DNA from: a virus
Lineage: Duplodnaviria; Caudoviricetes
DNA length: 38,800 nt
IMG/VR virus record: IMGVR_UViG_3300017655_000013
Location: 1 to 38,800 of that record
Reading direction: 5' to 3' (one strand)
Under the pieces are notes generated by a model, which did no database searches, was not told where the DNA came from, and worked only from the letters and a program-made list of their open reading frames with translations. Position 1 is the stretch's first letter. Each line of letters begins with the position of its first letter. A program made the translations under genes and the position numbers. Below are positions 8,189 to 16,355 of the stretch, one piece after another.

Positions 8189-10042
8189 TCAAACTGCACC
8201 TCCGATGGCACGCACGTTCGTCGGCCGCTCGGCGAGCCACGCGGCGATGTCGCTGAGTTGGTCCTCCGGCACCCGCCCGGCGAAGCGGGTCTCGATGCGC
8301 GGCAGGTAGTCCGGCGACCAGGTGCCGCCGGCGCTGCCGACAATCGCGCGCAGGCGCAGCGCGGCCTCGATCGTCGTCAGGTAGACCGTGTCGCGCTGGC
8401 GCGAAAGCATCGCGGCGACGTCCGTCGTCGGGCCGTCGACGATCACTGGTGCGTCGACGCTGATCGGCGTTCCGGCGCGTGGCAGGTGCGCAACCTCGGG
8501 CATCGCTTCCAGTCCGCGATACGGGTCGAGCTGACCGTCGAACGGCAGTGCCTTGGCCTTGCGGCGCTCCGCGGCCTCGGCGTCTGTTGCCGCGCTCATC
8601 GCCGTGCGCTCGACCGCCGCGCGGTTGACGTCGGCCGGCGTCGCCGCATGCGCGCGGTAATCGCCGATCGTCACGCTGCCTTCGGTGAAGCCGTACGCGC
8701 CGCGGGCCAGCCGCGGCACGACGTAGTGCGTGCGGCGGCCGTCAGCGTCGACGCCGAGCACGTGCGCGCTGTCATCGTCCGACCAGGCGCAGCGCGTCAA
8801 GCGCAGCTTCTGGCCGACGATCACGCCCGGCACGCTCGACACGTCGTACTGCGCGCCGCGGTAGCTGACGCGCAGGAACACGTTAACCGTGCGCTCCTCG
8901 GGCGCGGCGACCGCGAGCCGGCGACAGACCGCAGCCTCGGGCGCGATACGCAGCTGGTCGGGCTTGATCGTCATCCACGCGGCGTAGCGCGTGGTCTGCG
9001 TGCGCGTGTGTATCGCGCGGGCGTTGAAGCCTCGCATCCAACGCCAGGCCGCGGCATTGAGCTCGGCCAGTGACCCGACGCGATGAAACCGCAGGCGGTG
9101 CTCGAACTCGCGCTCGATGATGTCGTTGTGCTTCTCGACGCTGCCCTTCGCCCAGGGCTGCCCGGGCTGGTTGATCCACACCGCAACTCCGAGCGCGTCG
9201 CAGAGGTTGTTGAACATCGCGCCGGTGTTGGCGCTGCCTGGATCAACCATGACCATGCGCGGCACGCCGTGGAACGGGTCATGCGCGCCGCGCGGCTGCA
9301 TCGCGGCGATGAACGTGTCGCACAGGTTCTGCCCGGACTCCGCACCGAGCACGTACTCGACGTAGAAAGCGCCCGTGGCGTGATCGACGTGGACGTAGCG
9401 CCACACGCGCTCGTTCGCGATCCGCGCCAGGTTCTTGGGCTTGCCGTCGTAGAACTCGTTAGCCGGCATGACGCGCAAGCCGGCCTCGCGCTTGAGGTAG
9501 TACAGCACGCACAGCGACGGGTCGATCTGCCATGCGTGGTTGGGATGCTCGCTCGCGAGCTCGACCTTGGGCGCCGGCTGGCGCAGCTGATCCGGGTGGA
9601 AGCGGTGGACTTTGAGCGCGCGGTTGATCGCGCTGACGGACATCGGGATGAACTCGCCTGTGTCCGGGTTCACGCGGCCAGCGTTGATGAGGCCGTTCGT
9701 CCGCAACTCGGTGACGGCGTTTTGAAGCGCGGCCAGCTGCTTCTCGGTGCCGCGAACCGTCTCGGAGAGGTACGTGCTGATGATGCGTGCTTCGTCGGCG
9801 GTGAGCGCCGAAGAACCGGCGTCGCTGCGCTGCTTGCGGCCGGCGCGAATCTCGCCGCTCGCGGAGACCGTGCTCGTCCGCGGCAGAAGTGCGGTCAGGC
9901 GGCGGTAGACCGTCGCGATGGACAGGCCGGTGCGCTCCGCGGCCTCGATCGCGATCGCGCGCCGGCCGCCGTGCGGCGTGGCATGCATGCGCTGCGCTGC
10001 CGTGCGCAGCACGTCGTCGATGACGGGGTTCGCGGCGGCCAT
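8189..10042 (-). CDS. DDE transposase (MuA-analogous, B3-type)
   Basis: HPNHAWQID, VDHATG, MVDPGSA and AKGSVE catalytic motifs; N-terminal HTH GLSIATVYRRL and RKQRSDAG. Confidence 0.95.
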   Translation of the reverse strand: MAAANPVIDDVLRTAAQRMHATPHGGRRAIAIEAAERTGLSIATVYRRLTALLPRTSTVSASGEIRAGRKQRSDAGSSALTADEARIISTYLSETVRGTEKQLAALQNAVTELRTNGLINAGRVNPDTGEFIPMSVSAINRALKVHRFHPDQLRQPAPKVELASEHPNHAWQIDPSLCVLYYLKREAGLRVMPANEFYDGKPKNLARIANERVWRYVHVDHATGAFYVEYVLGAESGQNLCDTFIAAMQPRGAHDPFHGVPRMVMVDPGSANTGAMFNNLCDALGVAVWINQPGQPWAKGSVEKHNDIIEREFEHRLRFHRVGSLAELNAAAWRWMRGFNARAIHTRTQTTRYAAWMTIKPDQLRIAPEAAVCRRLAVAAPEERTVNVFLRVSYRGAQYDVSSVPGVIVGQKLRLTRCAWSDDDSAHVLGVDADGRRTHYVVPRLARGAYGFTEGSVTIGDYRAHAATPADVNRAAVERTAMSAATDAEAAERRKAKALPFDGQLDPYRGLEAMPEVAHLPRAGTPISVDAPVIVDGPTTDVAAMLSRQRDTVYLTTIEAALRLRAIVGSAGGTWSPDYLPRIETRFAGRVPEDQLSDIAAWLAERPTNVRAIGGAV

Positions 10043-10045
10043 CGA

Positions 10046-10966
10046 TCAGCCCTCGCCGAGCGTCAGCTTGGCTTCGACGTGCGGGTCGCCCGCGGCGACC
10101 TGCGGGATGCCGAACTCGTCGCGCACAGCCCAAAGCTGCCGCTCAAGCTGGGCAAACACGCCGGCGAGGTAGGGCATGACGTCGGCGCCCTGCTCCTGGG
10201 CGTACTCGACGACTGCGCGGACGCGCGTCTTGAGGCTTGTGGCCTCGCCATCATCGGCCAGGATCGCGCCCTGCAGGCCGAGGACTTCGCCGGTTAGGTC
10301 CGCCAGCAGCGCGTTGCCGACTTCGTCGGGCGTCGCGGCCTTCGCCGCGCGCTTGAGCTTTGCGATTTCTGCGGTCTTGCGCTCGATTTCGCGCTCCCGC
10401 TTTTCCGCGCGCTCGTCCTTGGCGGCCATGTCCGCGCGAGCCTCGCGCAGCTTGGCGCGCAGCTCCTTGACCGAGAGCTGCTCGACGTCGTCCAGGTCCA
10501 GGCCGTGCGTCTCGCCCTTCTCGGCGAGCTCCGCAAACTGTTCCGGCGGCAGGCTGAGCAGCTCGATCAGCTTGGTCTGGCTGTCCGCCGCGGCGAGCAA
10601 ATGTTGAGTTGACGCAACATTTGGGAGAGCTGCGATCCGGCGCGCGGCCTCCATCATGCGCCACGCCTGATCCCGCGCCATGCCCAGGCGGTCCAGGATG
10701 CCGTCCCATTCGCCGTAGGCCGCGCACTCGCGTGCCACGACCAGGAGGCGCCCGGCACGGAGGAAGGATTCGCATCCGCGGCGCAGCTCGCCGCGGATGG
10801 CGGCTTCGTAGTGATCGGGATGCCAAGGCAGTCCGCCGCCGAAGCGCTCGACGACCAGCTCTTGGCGCTGCCGCAGTTCGGCCTCCTGGGCCGCCGTGGC
10901 GGCCGGTGTGGTGCTCAGCTCCGCGACGACGACCTGCGTCGCGGGTTCCAGTTTCTTGCGTGCCAT
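10046..10966 (-). CDS. DUF3102-like protein
   Basis: GRLLVVARE...GEW...LGMARDQAWRMMEAA, TKLIELL, LDDVEQLSVKELRAKLREAR, coiled-coil C-terminus; directly upstream of the transposase. Confidence 0.85.
   Translation of the reverse strand: MARKKLEPATQVVVAELSTTPAATAAQEAELRQRQELVVERFGGGLPWHPDHYEAAIRGELRRGCESFLRAGRLLVVARECAAYGEWDGILDRLGMARDQAWRMMEAARRIAALPNVASTQHLLAAADSQTKLIELLSLPPEQFAELAEKGETHGLDLDDVEQLSVKELRAKLREARADMAAKDERAEKREREIERKTAEIAKLKRAAKAATPDEVGNALLADLTGEVLGLQGAILADDGEATSLKTRVRAVVEYAQEQGADVMPYLAGVFAQLERQLWAVRDEFGIPQVAAGDPHVEAKLTLGEG
10598..10623. repeat. intragenic palindrome CAAATGTTG-N8-CAACATTTG
   Basis: Perfect 9-bp arms; AT-rich island encoding PNVASTQHL in a GC-rich gene. Confidence 0.85.
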
Positions 10967-10986
10967 GTGATCGGGCTCCTCGTGGG

Positions 10987-11292
10987 TCAGATCGGGCGCG
11001 AGTAGCGCCGCGTGGTTTCGTCCAGGCGCGCCTGGACCGTTGCCAGCTCGGCTTGGTGGGCCAGCGCGAGCTGGATGATTCGGGGGGTCAGCCGCCAGCG
11101 GTCTTTGTCGCCGGGCATGCGCTCGGCCAGGCCCTCGTCGGCCAGGACGTCCAGGTCGCGCAGCGTGGTTCCCGGCGACTGCTGGACGGCGTCCGCGAGC
11201 TGCTTGAGGCGCAGGCCGTCGAAGGCGTGGCCCTTGAGCGCGAAGATGAGGCGGAAGGCGCGGCGCGTGCCGGCTTGGGCGGGGGCGCTCAT
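10987..11292 (-). CDS. IclR-type HTH DNA-binding protein
   Basis: RAFRLIFALKGHAFDGLRLKQLADAVQQSPGTTLRDLDVLADEGLAE...WRL winged helix. Confidence 0.85.
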   Translation of the reverse strand: MSAPAQAGTRRAFRLIFALKGHAFDGLRLKQLADAVQQSPGTTLRDLDVLADEGLAERMPGDKDRWRLTPRIIQLALAHQAELATVQARLDETTRRYSRPI

Positions 11293-11516
11293 GCGTCGGC
11301 TCCGCGCCTGGCGTCGCGCAACTGGCGGCGCAGAACGACCAGGTCGCGTTGACGTTCGGCAAGGGCTTCCCACGGGTGATAGGTGTACCCCCGCGACGCC
11401 GCGTACTCCGCGGGTCGCTCCCTGCGCATGCGGTCGTATGAGCGATTCAAGCGGCAATCGCGCAGCGCGTGGCGCACGTCGCGGCGCAGCACATCCACCA
11501 GCTTCTGGCCGCTCAT
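11289..11516 (-). CDS. hypothetical protein
   Basis: 75 aa, ATGA-coupled on both sides. Confidence 0.7.
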   Translation of the reverse strand: MSGQKLVDVLRRDVRHALRDCRLNRSYDRMRRERPAEYAASRGYTYHPWEALAERQRDLVVLRRQLRDARRGADA

Positions 11517-11722
11517 GCCGCCACCTTGAGGCCGGCGGCCTTGATGACCTTGCGGCGCATTGCCTGGCCCTTTGGGCCGTTCCAGGCACCCAGCAGCGCG
11601 TTGCGCGTGTTGGAGATATGCGTGCCGTTTTCACGCGACCAGCGCGTGAGCGTTGTCCCCTGCCGGACGAAGCCGGCTTTGACGGCAAGCAGGAGGTCGC
11701 GACCGGGTTCGATTGCGGTCAT
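11513..11722 (-). CDS. Ner/Cro-like DNA-binding protein
   Basis: First gene of the early operon, divergent from the repressor; VKAGFVRQGTTLTRWSRENG...WNGPKG. Confidence 0.8.
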   Translation of the reverse strand: MTAIEPGRDLLLAVKAGFVRQGTTLTRWSRENGTHISNTRNALLGAWNGPKGQAMRRKVIKAAGLKVAA

Positions 11723-11774
11723 TGGCTGTATCCTGTTCGGGTGTTGGCAAGCCGCATCAGCTACGGCGGGAACA

Positions 11775-11829
11775 ATCATATGTACGCAAATGCGTACATG
11801 TCAACTGGACTAGTACGCGAATGAATACT
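11775..11829 (-). promoter_or_regulatory. early sigma70 promoter with overlapping operators
   Basis: Minus-strand TTGACA (11804-11799), 18 bp, TATGAT (11780-11775); perfect IR ATGTACGCA-AA-TGCGTACAT (11780-11799) fills the spacer; second copy GTACGCGAATGAATAC (11813-11828) covers the repressor ATG. Confidence 0.85.
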
Positions 11830-12285
11830 CCGGGGGAGCGGCTCAAGAGGGAACGTCTGCGCTTGGGTCTTAGCCAAGCGGAGCTCGCCGAGAAGGGTGG
11901 CGTGCTGAGGGGCGCCCAGATCCACTACGAGTCGGACGCGCGGAAGCCGGACGTTGCATACCTGTCGAGGATCGCTTCGGCAGGGGTGGACGTCGGCTAC
12001 GTCATCACGGGAGAGCCGCGTGAGTTCGCGTTGCAGCTATCGCGCATCAGGTATGCCACGCAGACGGCAGCATCTGTCACTACATCGCGCGAAGAGGCCG
12101 CACAGCTACGTGATTCGTTACTCGCGGCAATGGAGTCCGACGAGGCCTCTGCGCTGATCGCGAATTGGGCGAAATGCGATCCCGACAGGCGCGCCACGAT
12201 TAGCCGCATAGCTCAACTCCTGGCGGAGGGGGCTGATCCGATCGAATCAGTCAGGAACCAGATACAGACCGGGGAAAAGTCATGA
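11821..12285 (+). CDS. prophage repressor (XRE HTH)
   Basis: GERLKRERLRLGLSQAELAEKGGV...YESDARKPDVAYL...GVDVGYVITG; divergent from the Ner-like gene. Confidence 0.92.
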   Translation: MNTPGERLKRERLRLGLSQAELAEKGGVLRGAQIHYESDARKPDVAYLSRIASAGVDVGYVITGEPREFALQLSRIRYATQTAASVTTSREEAAQLRDSLLAAMESDEASALIANWAKCDPDRRATISRIAQLLAEGADPIESVRNQIQTGEKS

Positions 12286-12680
12286 GCACTTCAGGCTGGT
12301 GGTTGAGTGTCAGCGTACTTGTCGCGACCACGCTGAGTGGGTGCCAGCAGCCGGATACTGCCCTCGACCAAGACGTCGATTTGGCATTCCGCGTCTGCGC
12401 GGAAGCTCTGAAGTTGACGGCAAAGAATCCGAGCACCGCGAAGGTGCCGCGAGTGAATCCGACAGCGCGCTCCCAGACGAAGCATCGCTACGACTGGAAC
12501 CACGGCGATGGCCTTGCGTTCACGAACGGCTTCGGTGCAGCAGTAGATCAGACCGCATCCTGCATGACTGAGGGCGGTCATATCTCATTGCTGTCTATCA
12601 ACGGCAAGGTGTTGCCCGAAGAACAGCTTGCGCTACTGCGTGTGAACGCGCTGGTGCGAGTGTCGAAGTCGACGCGTTGA
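12282..12680 (+). CDS. lipoprotein coupled to the repressor gene
   Basis: Lipobox LSGC after a hydrophobic leader; ATGA overlap with the repressor stop. Confidence 0.8.
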   Translation: MSTSGWWLSVSVLVATTLSGCQQPDTALDQDVDLAFRVCAEALKLTAKNPSTAKVPRVNPTARSQTKHRYDWNHGDGLAFTNGFGAAVDQTASCMTEGGHISLLSINGKVLPEEQLALLRVNALVRVSKSTR

Positions 12681-12884
12681 TATGGCGTCGGGCGACACGT
12701 CCGCGAGTACGAAATTTCCTACATCGCGTGCCGGCATGGACGTCAAATGAAAGCCTCGGCAATGCGGGCACCGGTAGACCCGTAGCCGCCGCACGTTGAA
12801 CTTCCCCGCGCACCGCGCGGCTGACGCCAAGGCGTCACTTTCGCTCTTGTGCCGGCGCTTCCGATGACAGATCGCAACGCTCAT
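12633..12884 (-). CDS. small basic zinc-finger-like protein
   Basis: CHRKRRH...YRCPHCRGFHLTS motif; start MSVAIC. Confidence 0.65.
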   Translation of the reverse strand: MSVAICHRKRRHKSESDALASAARCAGKFNVRRLRVYRCPHCRGFHLTSMPARDVGNFVLADVSPDAISTRRLRHSHQRVHTQ

Positions 12885-12916
12885 TCGCGCATGCTCGCGC
12901 GCGCGCGACGCCGCGT

Positions 12917-12962
12917 CCTGTGAACGCGGCCCCAAGACCTTTCATCGCTTGATCCGGACACT
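12917..12962 (+). promoter_or_regulatory. putative activator-dependent late promoter (lysis operon)
   Basis: CCTGTGAACGCGGCCCCAAGACCTTT-N14-GACACT; 25/26 identical to 20768-20793 with the same spacing. Confidence 0.8.
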
Positions 12963-13019
12963 CCGGTCGGCGTGCGCAGCATCGGGCTGCGCAACCGTCT
13001 AGTCCGATCCGGAGGCGTC

Positions 13020-13310
13020 ATGAAAGACCTGTTCCTGCGGCTGCGCGCGCTGATCGATGCACAGCCGATCTTCTTGCTGTTCCTCGCTACGTTCGCTTTC
13101 GTCGCCTTCAGCGCACCGGTGAAGATCGGTCTCGCGCTGTGGGGCATCAGCAAGCTCGCGCTGTTCGCCTTCGCGGGAGCCTGGCTGTGCAAGCAGCTGT
13201 TCCGCTCGTACGCGCCGCCGGGCGATCCCGGCATCGTCGAGGGAACGCTGTGGAAGCTCAAGGCATGGATCGTCGCCGCATCGATCGTGGCCGGGGCGTT
13301 GCTGCCGTGA
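13020..13310 (+). CDS. putative holin
   Basis: Three hydrophobic segments, GGAGG RBS, first gene of the lysis cassette. Confidence 0.8.
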   Translation: MKDLFLRLRALIDAQPIFLLFLATFAFVAFSAPVKIGLALWGISKLALFAFAGAWLCKQLFRSYAPPGDPGIVEGTLWKLKAWIVAASIVAGALLP

Positions 13311-13966
13311 AGCAGTTCGCGCGCGTCTGCCTCGTCTTCGTCGCGCTGATCGCGCTCGCGGCGCTGATCTACCGCGAAGCGATCGCGGGGCCGGCACTGC
13401 CCGACCCCGTCGCGCAGGTCCGGATTCCGCCGGCTTCGGCTACGTACCGCATCCGCCTGGAGCGCGAGGCCGGCGCGCTGTTCGGCCTCAAGGCGCCGAT
13501 CGCACGGTTCGCCGGCCAGATTCACACGGAGTCCGGCTGGGAGCCGGAGGCGGAAAGCCCCTACGCGCAGGGCCTGTCGCAGTTCACGCCAGCAACGGCG
13601 CGCTGGTTGCCGGACGTCTGCCCGAGCGTTGGAGAGCCCGACCCTTGGGACCCCAATTGGTCGATTCGGGCGATGGTCTGCTACGACCACTACCTGTGGT
13701 CGCGCGCACCAGGTGCAACCGCCTGCGACCGTTGGGCCTTCGCGCTGAGCGCCTACAACGGCGGTGAGGGCTGGACCCGACGTGACCGAACGCTGGCGTC
13801 GGCAAAGGGAGCCGATTCTGCCCGCTGGTTTGGGCACGTCGAACTCCACACATCCCGCGCCCGCTGGGCGCGGGATGAGAACCGCGCGTATGTGCGCCGC
13901 ATCCTGCTGGTGCTGGAGCCGGCCTACATCGCTGCCGGCTGGCCCGGTGTGGCGGTCTGCCCATGA
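13307..13966 (+). CDS. endolysin, lytic transglycosylase (SLT) with N-terminal TM/SAR-like segment
   Basis: QIHTESGW, AQGLSQFTPAT, ALSAYNGG and ENRAYVRRI motifs; GTG start overlaps the holin stop. Confidence 0.93.
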   Translation: MKQFARVCLVFVALIALAALIYREAIAGPALPDPVAQVRIPPASATYRIRLEREAGALFGLKAPIARFAGQIHTESGWEPEAESPYAQGLSQFTPATARWLPDVCPSVGEPDPWDPNWSIRAMVCYDHYLWSRAPGATACDRWAFALSAYNGGEGWTRRDRTLASAKGADSARWFGHVELHTSRARWARDENRAYVRRILLVLEPAYIAAGWPGVAVCP

Positions 13967-14415
13967 TTCGGCTTGCCGTCGAAGCGCTGCTCGGTCTGGC
14001 CGTCGTACTGCTCTCCGGCGGCATCGGCTACGCCTGGCGCGGCGCGCAGGACGCCGAGGCGGTCGCGCAGGCGAATGCCGCGGTGACCAGCGCGAGCGGC
14101 AGCTTCGCAGCGGCGGCCGACAGCCAGCTCAAGGCGATCGCGTTGCTCGAAACGCGCCTGGCCGAAATCCGCGCGCGACACGAACAGTTCCGCGAGCTCG
14201 CCGACGACGAGCTCGATGCTCGCATCGAGGCGAACGCCACCCTTGCCGCTGAAGTCGCGCGGCTCACGAACCAGATCAAAGGCACCGCACATGATCCGTC
14301 CTGCGCCCCTCTCGCTGCTCTGCCTGTGTGCACTGCTGTGGCTGACCGGCTGTGGCCTCAAGCCGATACGTCCCGCGCCGGTGCGCGTGCTGACGGTGGA
14401 GTACCCGGTGATTGA
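13963..14415 (+). CDS. i-spanin (Rz-like)
   Basis: N-terminal TM followed by coiled coil; follows the endolysin. Confidence 0.8.
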   Translation: MIRLAVEALLGLAVVLLSGGIGYAWRGAQDAEAVAQANAAVTSASGSFAAAADSQLKAIALLETRLAEIRARHEQFRELADDELDARIEANATLAAEVARLTNQIKGTAHDPSCAPLAALPVCTAVADRLWPQADTSRAGARADGGVPGD

Positions 14416-14617
14416 CTACCGGCCCGTCCCGCGCGTGCTGACCGATCCGCTCGCCGAGCCGGCACCGCCGCCCGCGCAATGCCGGGTCGGCGGCGCACCG
14501 GCGGTCTGCGCGCTCGACGGCCTGGCGACGATCCCCGCCTGGCGCGGCGTGGTGCAGCAGTGCAACGCGGACCGCGCGCGGGCCGCCCTGCTCGGAGGCG
14601 GCGATGGCGCGCAATAA
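14291..14617 (+). CDS. o-spanin (Rz1-like lipoprotein)
   Basis: Lipobox LTGC, Pro-rich, QCNADRA; overlaps the i-spanin in another frame. Confidence 0.85.
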   Translation: MIRPAPLSLLCLCALLWLTGCGLKPIRPAPVRVLTVEYPVIDYRPVPRVLTDPLAEPAPPPAQCRVGGAPAVCALDGLATIPAWRGVVQQCNADRARAALLGGGDGAQ

Positions 14618-14801
14618 GCGAGACGTGCTCGAAACGATGGCCGCCCGCATGGACGGCCTGGCCTACGAGCTGGAGCGCCAGTCCCGCAACCTGGAGCACT
14701 CGGCCAAGGAGCGCACGATGCTCGACCTGCGCGCCCGTGAGCGCCGGGCCTGCGCCCAGGAGCTGCGCCTGGAAGCCGCCAAGGTGACGAATGATCGATG
14801 A
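14604..14801 (+). CDS. hypothetical protein
   Basis: 65 aa, GGAGG RBS, coupled. Confidence 0.65.
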   Translation: MARNKRDVLETMAARMDGLAYELERQSRNLEHSAKERTMLDLRARERRACAQELRLEAAKVTNDR

Positions 14802-15027
14802 CGTCGAGCGCGGTCAGGAAGCCGCCCAGCAGTTCACCGACGACGCGATCGCCGCGGCACGTGCGCGTATCGCTGCGTCGTTCGAGCCGCGCGACCCGGC
14901 GGTCGAGCGGCAGTGCATCGACTGCGATGCCGAGATAGAGCCCGAGCGCCTGCAGGCGCTCGGGAAGACCAGCCGCTGCGCGGCCTGTGCCCATGAACAC
15001 GCAAGGCTGTGCCGAGGGAAGCAATGA
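14791..15027 (+). CDS. TraR/DksA C4-type zinc-finger protein
   Basis: DDVERGQE...CIDCDAEIEPERLQAL...RCAAC. Confidence 0.9.
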   Translation: MIDDVERGQEAAQQFTDDAIAAARARIAASFEPRDPAVERQCIDCDAEIEPERLQALGKTSRCAACAHEHARLCRGKQ

Positions 15028-15341
15028 TTTCGATCAGCACGACGAACGCAATCGTCCTTTTTCTGGCCTTCGCGGGGCTGGTTGCTGGATTTGGCCGCAT
15101 CCTGGTCTCGCAGTTCGAGACGCGGATGAACGACCGTTTCTTAGCCGTGACTAAAGCTCTGGCCGACGAGTCTGCCCGCTTGCGGGATCTGACGAACCGC
15201 GTCGACCAGCTGCATCACGCCTTGCCGCTGGAGTACGTGCGGCGAGAGGACTGGACTCGGTTCAGTGCCCTGATCGACGCAAAGCTGGACCGAGTCGCCG
15301 AGTTAGTACACAGCTCGCTTGCAAGGAACTACCGATCGTGA
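15024..15341 (+). CDS. conserved Mu-like membrane-anchored protein (position of Mu gp25)
   Basis: N-terminal TM, coiled coil, LPLEYVRREDW...KLD. Confidence 0.75.
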   Translation: MISISTTNAIVLFLAFAGLVAGFGRILVSQFETRMNDRFLAVTKALADESARLRDLTNRVDQLHHALPLEYVRREDWTRFSALIDAKLDRVAELVHSSLARNYRS

Positions 15342-15649
15342 ACGAGATCGACATCGAAAAGGCCCGGCGGGAAGAGACGCGCTGGCGGATTCTGAAAGTT
15401 CTGGACGCCGGCCGGCCGCTGTCCATGCCGGAGACGCTCATCCTGCGCACCTTGCACGACGTCAGCATGCCGGTGACGCCCCATGCCTTGCGCCGCGAGC
15501 TGGACTACCTGGAGGACCGCAAGCTGGTGACCATCACCGGCAAAGACGGCCCGACCTGGCAAGCCGAGCTGACGCACTACGGCGTGGACATCGTCGAGTA
15601 CACGACGGAGTGCTTCCCGGGCATCGCTCGCCCGAAGAAATGGTTCTAG
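15338..15649 (+). CDS. Mu gp26-like winged-helix protein
   Basis: RREETRWRIL...LRRELDYLEDRKLV...LTHYGVDIVEY...PGIARP. Confidence 0.85.
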   Translation: MNEIDIEKARREETRWRILKVLDAGRPLSMPETLILRTLHDVSMPVTPHALRRELDYLEDRKLVTITGKDGPTWQAELTHYGVDIVEYTTECFPGIARPKKWF

Positions 15650-15657
15650 GGGGGCGC

Positions 15658-15837
15658 ATGAACGAGGTAGACCTGCAGGTCGCGATCCGTGCCAAGGCGG
15701 AAGAGCTGCGCTTGGCAGTAGAGGCTGTCGAGTCAACACCCGGTGCCGATCGGCGCGCAGCTGCGATTGCCCGCACGCACTTCGAGACCGGCATGCTGTG
15801 GCTCAAGCAGGCGCTCCCGTCGCGCGAGGAATCGTGA
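15658..15837 (+). CDS. Acb2/Tad1-like helical-hairpin mini-protein
   Basis: RRAAAIARTHFETGMLWLKQAL resembles the Acb2 C-terminal helix as I recall it; TGATG-coupled to the next gene. Confidence 0.6.
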   Translation: MNEVDLQVAIRAKAEELRLAVEAVESTPGADRRAAAIARTHFETGMLWLKQALPSREES

Positions 15838-16355
15838 TGCCGGCACCGAGCAAGGTCGACCAGCTACCCGAAGACATCCGGCAGGCGCTCGAACAGCGCC
15901 TGATCGGACAAGCGTTCTCGGGCTACGTGTCCCTGTCGGAGTGGCTGGCCGAGCAGGGATTCGAGATCACGAAATCGTCGCTGCAGCGGTGGGGCAGCCG
16001 CTTTGAGGATCGCGTGCGTGCGCTCAAGGTCTCAACCGACCAGGCCAAGGCGATCGTGGCCGCTTCCCCTGACGACGAGGGCGCGATGTCCGATGCGCTC
16101 ATGCGGCTCACGCAGGAGCGCATGTTCCAGGTGCTGCTGGAGCTCGAAGTCGATCCGGACACCATCGAGCTGCCGAAGCTCGCGCGGGCGATCGCCGACA
16201 TGAATCGCAGCACGATCACGCTGCGTCGATACCAGACCGAGGTCCGGGCGCGCGTCGCGGCAGCGGCCGAGCGTGTGGAGAAGGTAGGCGCCAGCGCCGG
16301 CATCACGCCGGAGACGCTCGCCCGCATCCGACAGGAAATCTACGGAGTCGTATGA
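15837..16355 (+). CDS. DUF3486 / Mu gp27-like protein (putative small terminase)
   Basis: SKVDQLPEDIR...FSGYVSLSEWL...ITKSSLQRWG...IRQEIYG. Confidence 0.88.
   Translation: MPAPSKVDQLPEDIRQALEQRLIGQAFSGYVSLSEWLAEQGFEITKSSLQRWGSRFEDRVRALKVSTDQAKAIVAASPDDEGAMSDALMRLTQERMFQVLLELEVDPDTIELPKLARAIADMNRSTITLRRYQTEVRARVAAAAERVEKVGASAGITPETLARIRQEIYGVV

Noticed and set aside
10046-11362. Extended N-termini in the ORF track (also 1203-1694, 2686-3825, 3912-4964, 15319-15837, 37498-38583)
   Set aside because: They overlap better-supported neighbouring genes; starts were reset using RBS and stop/start coupling.
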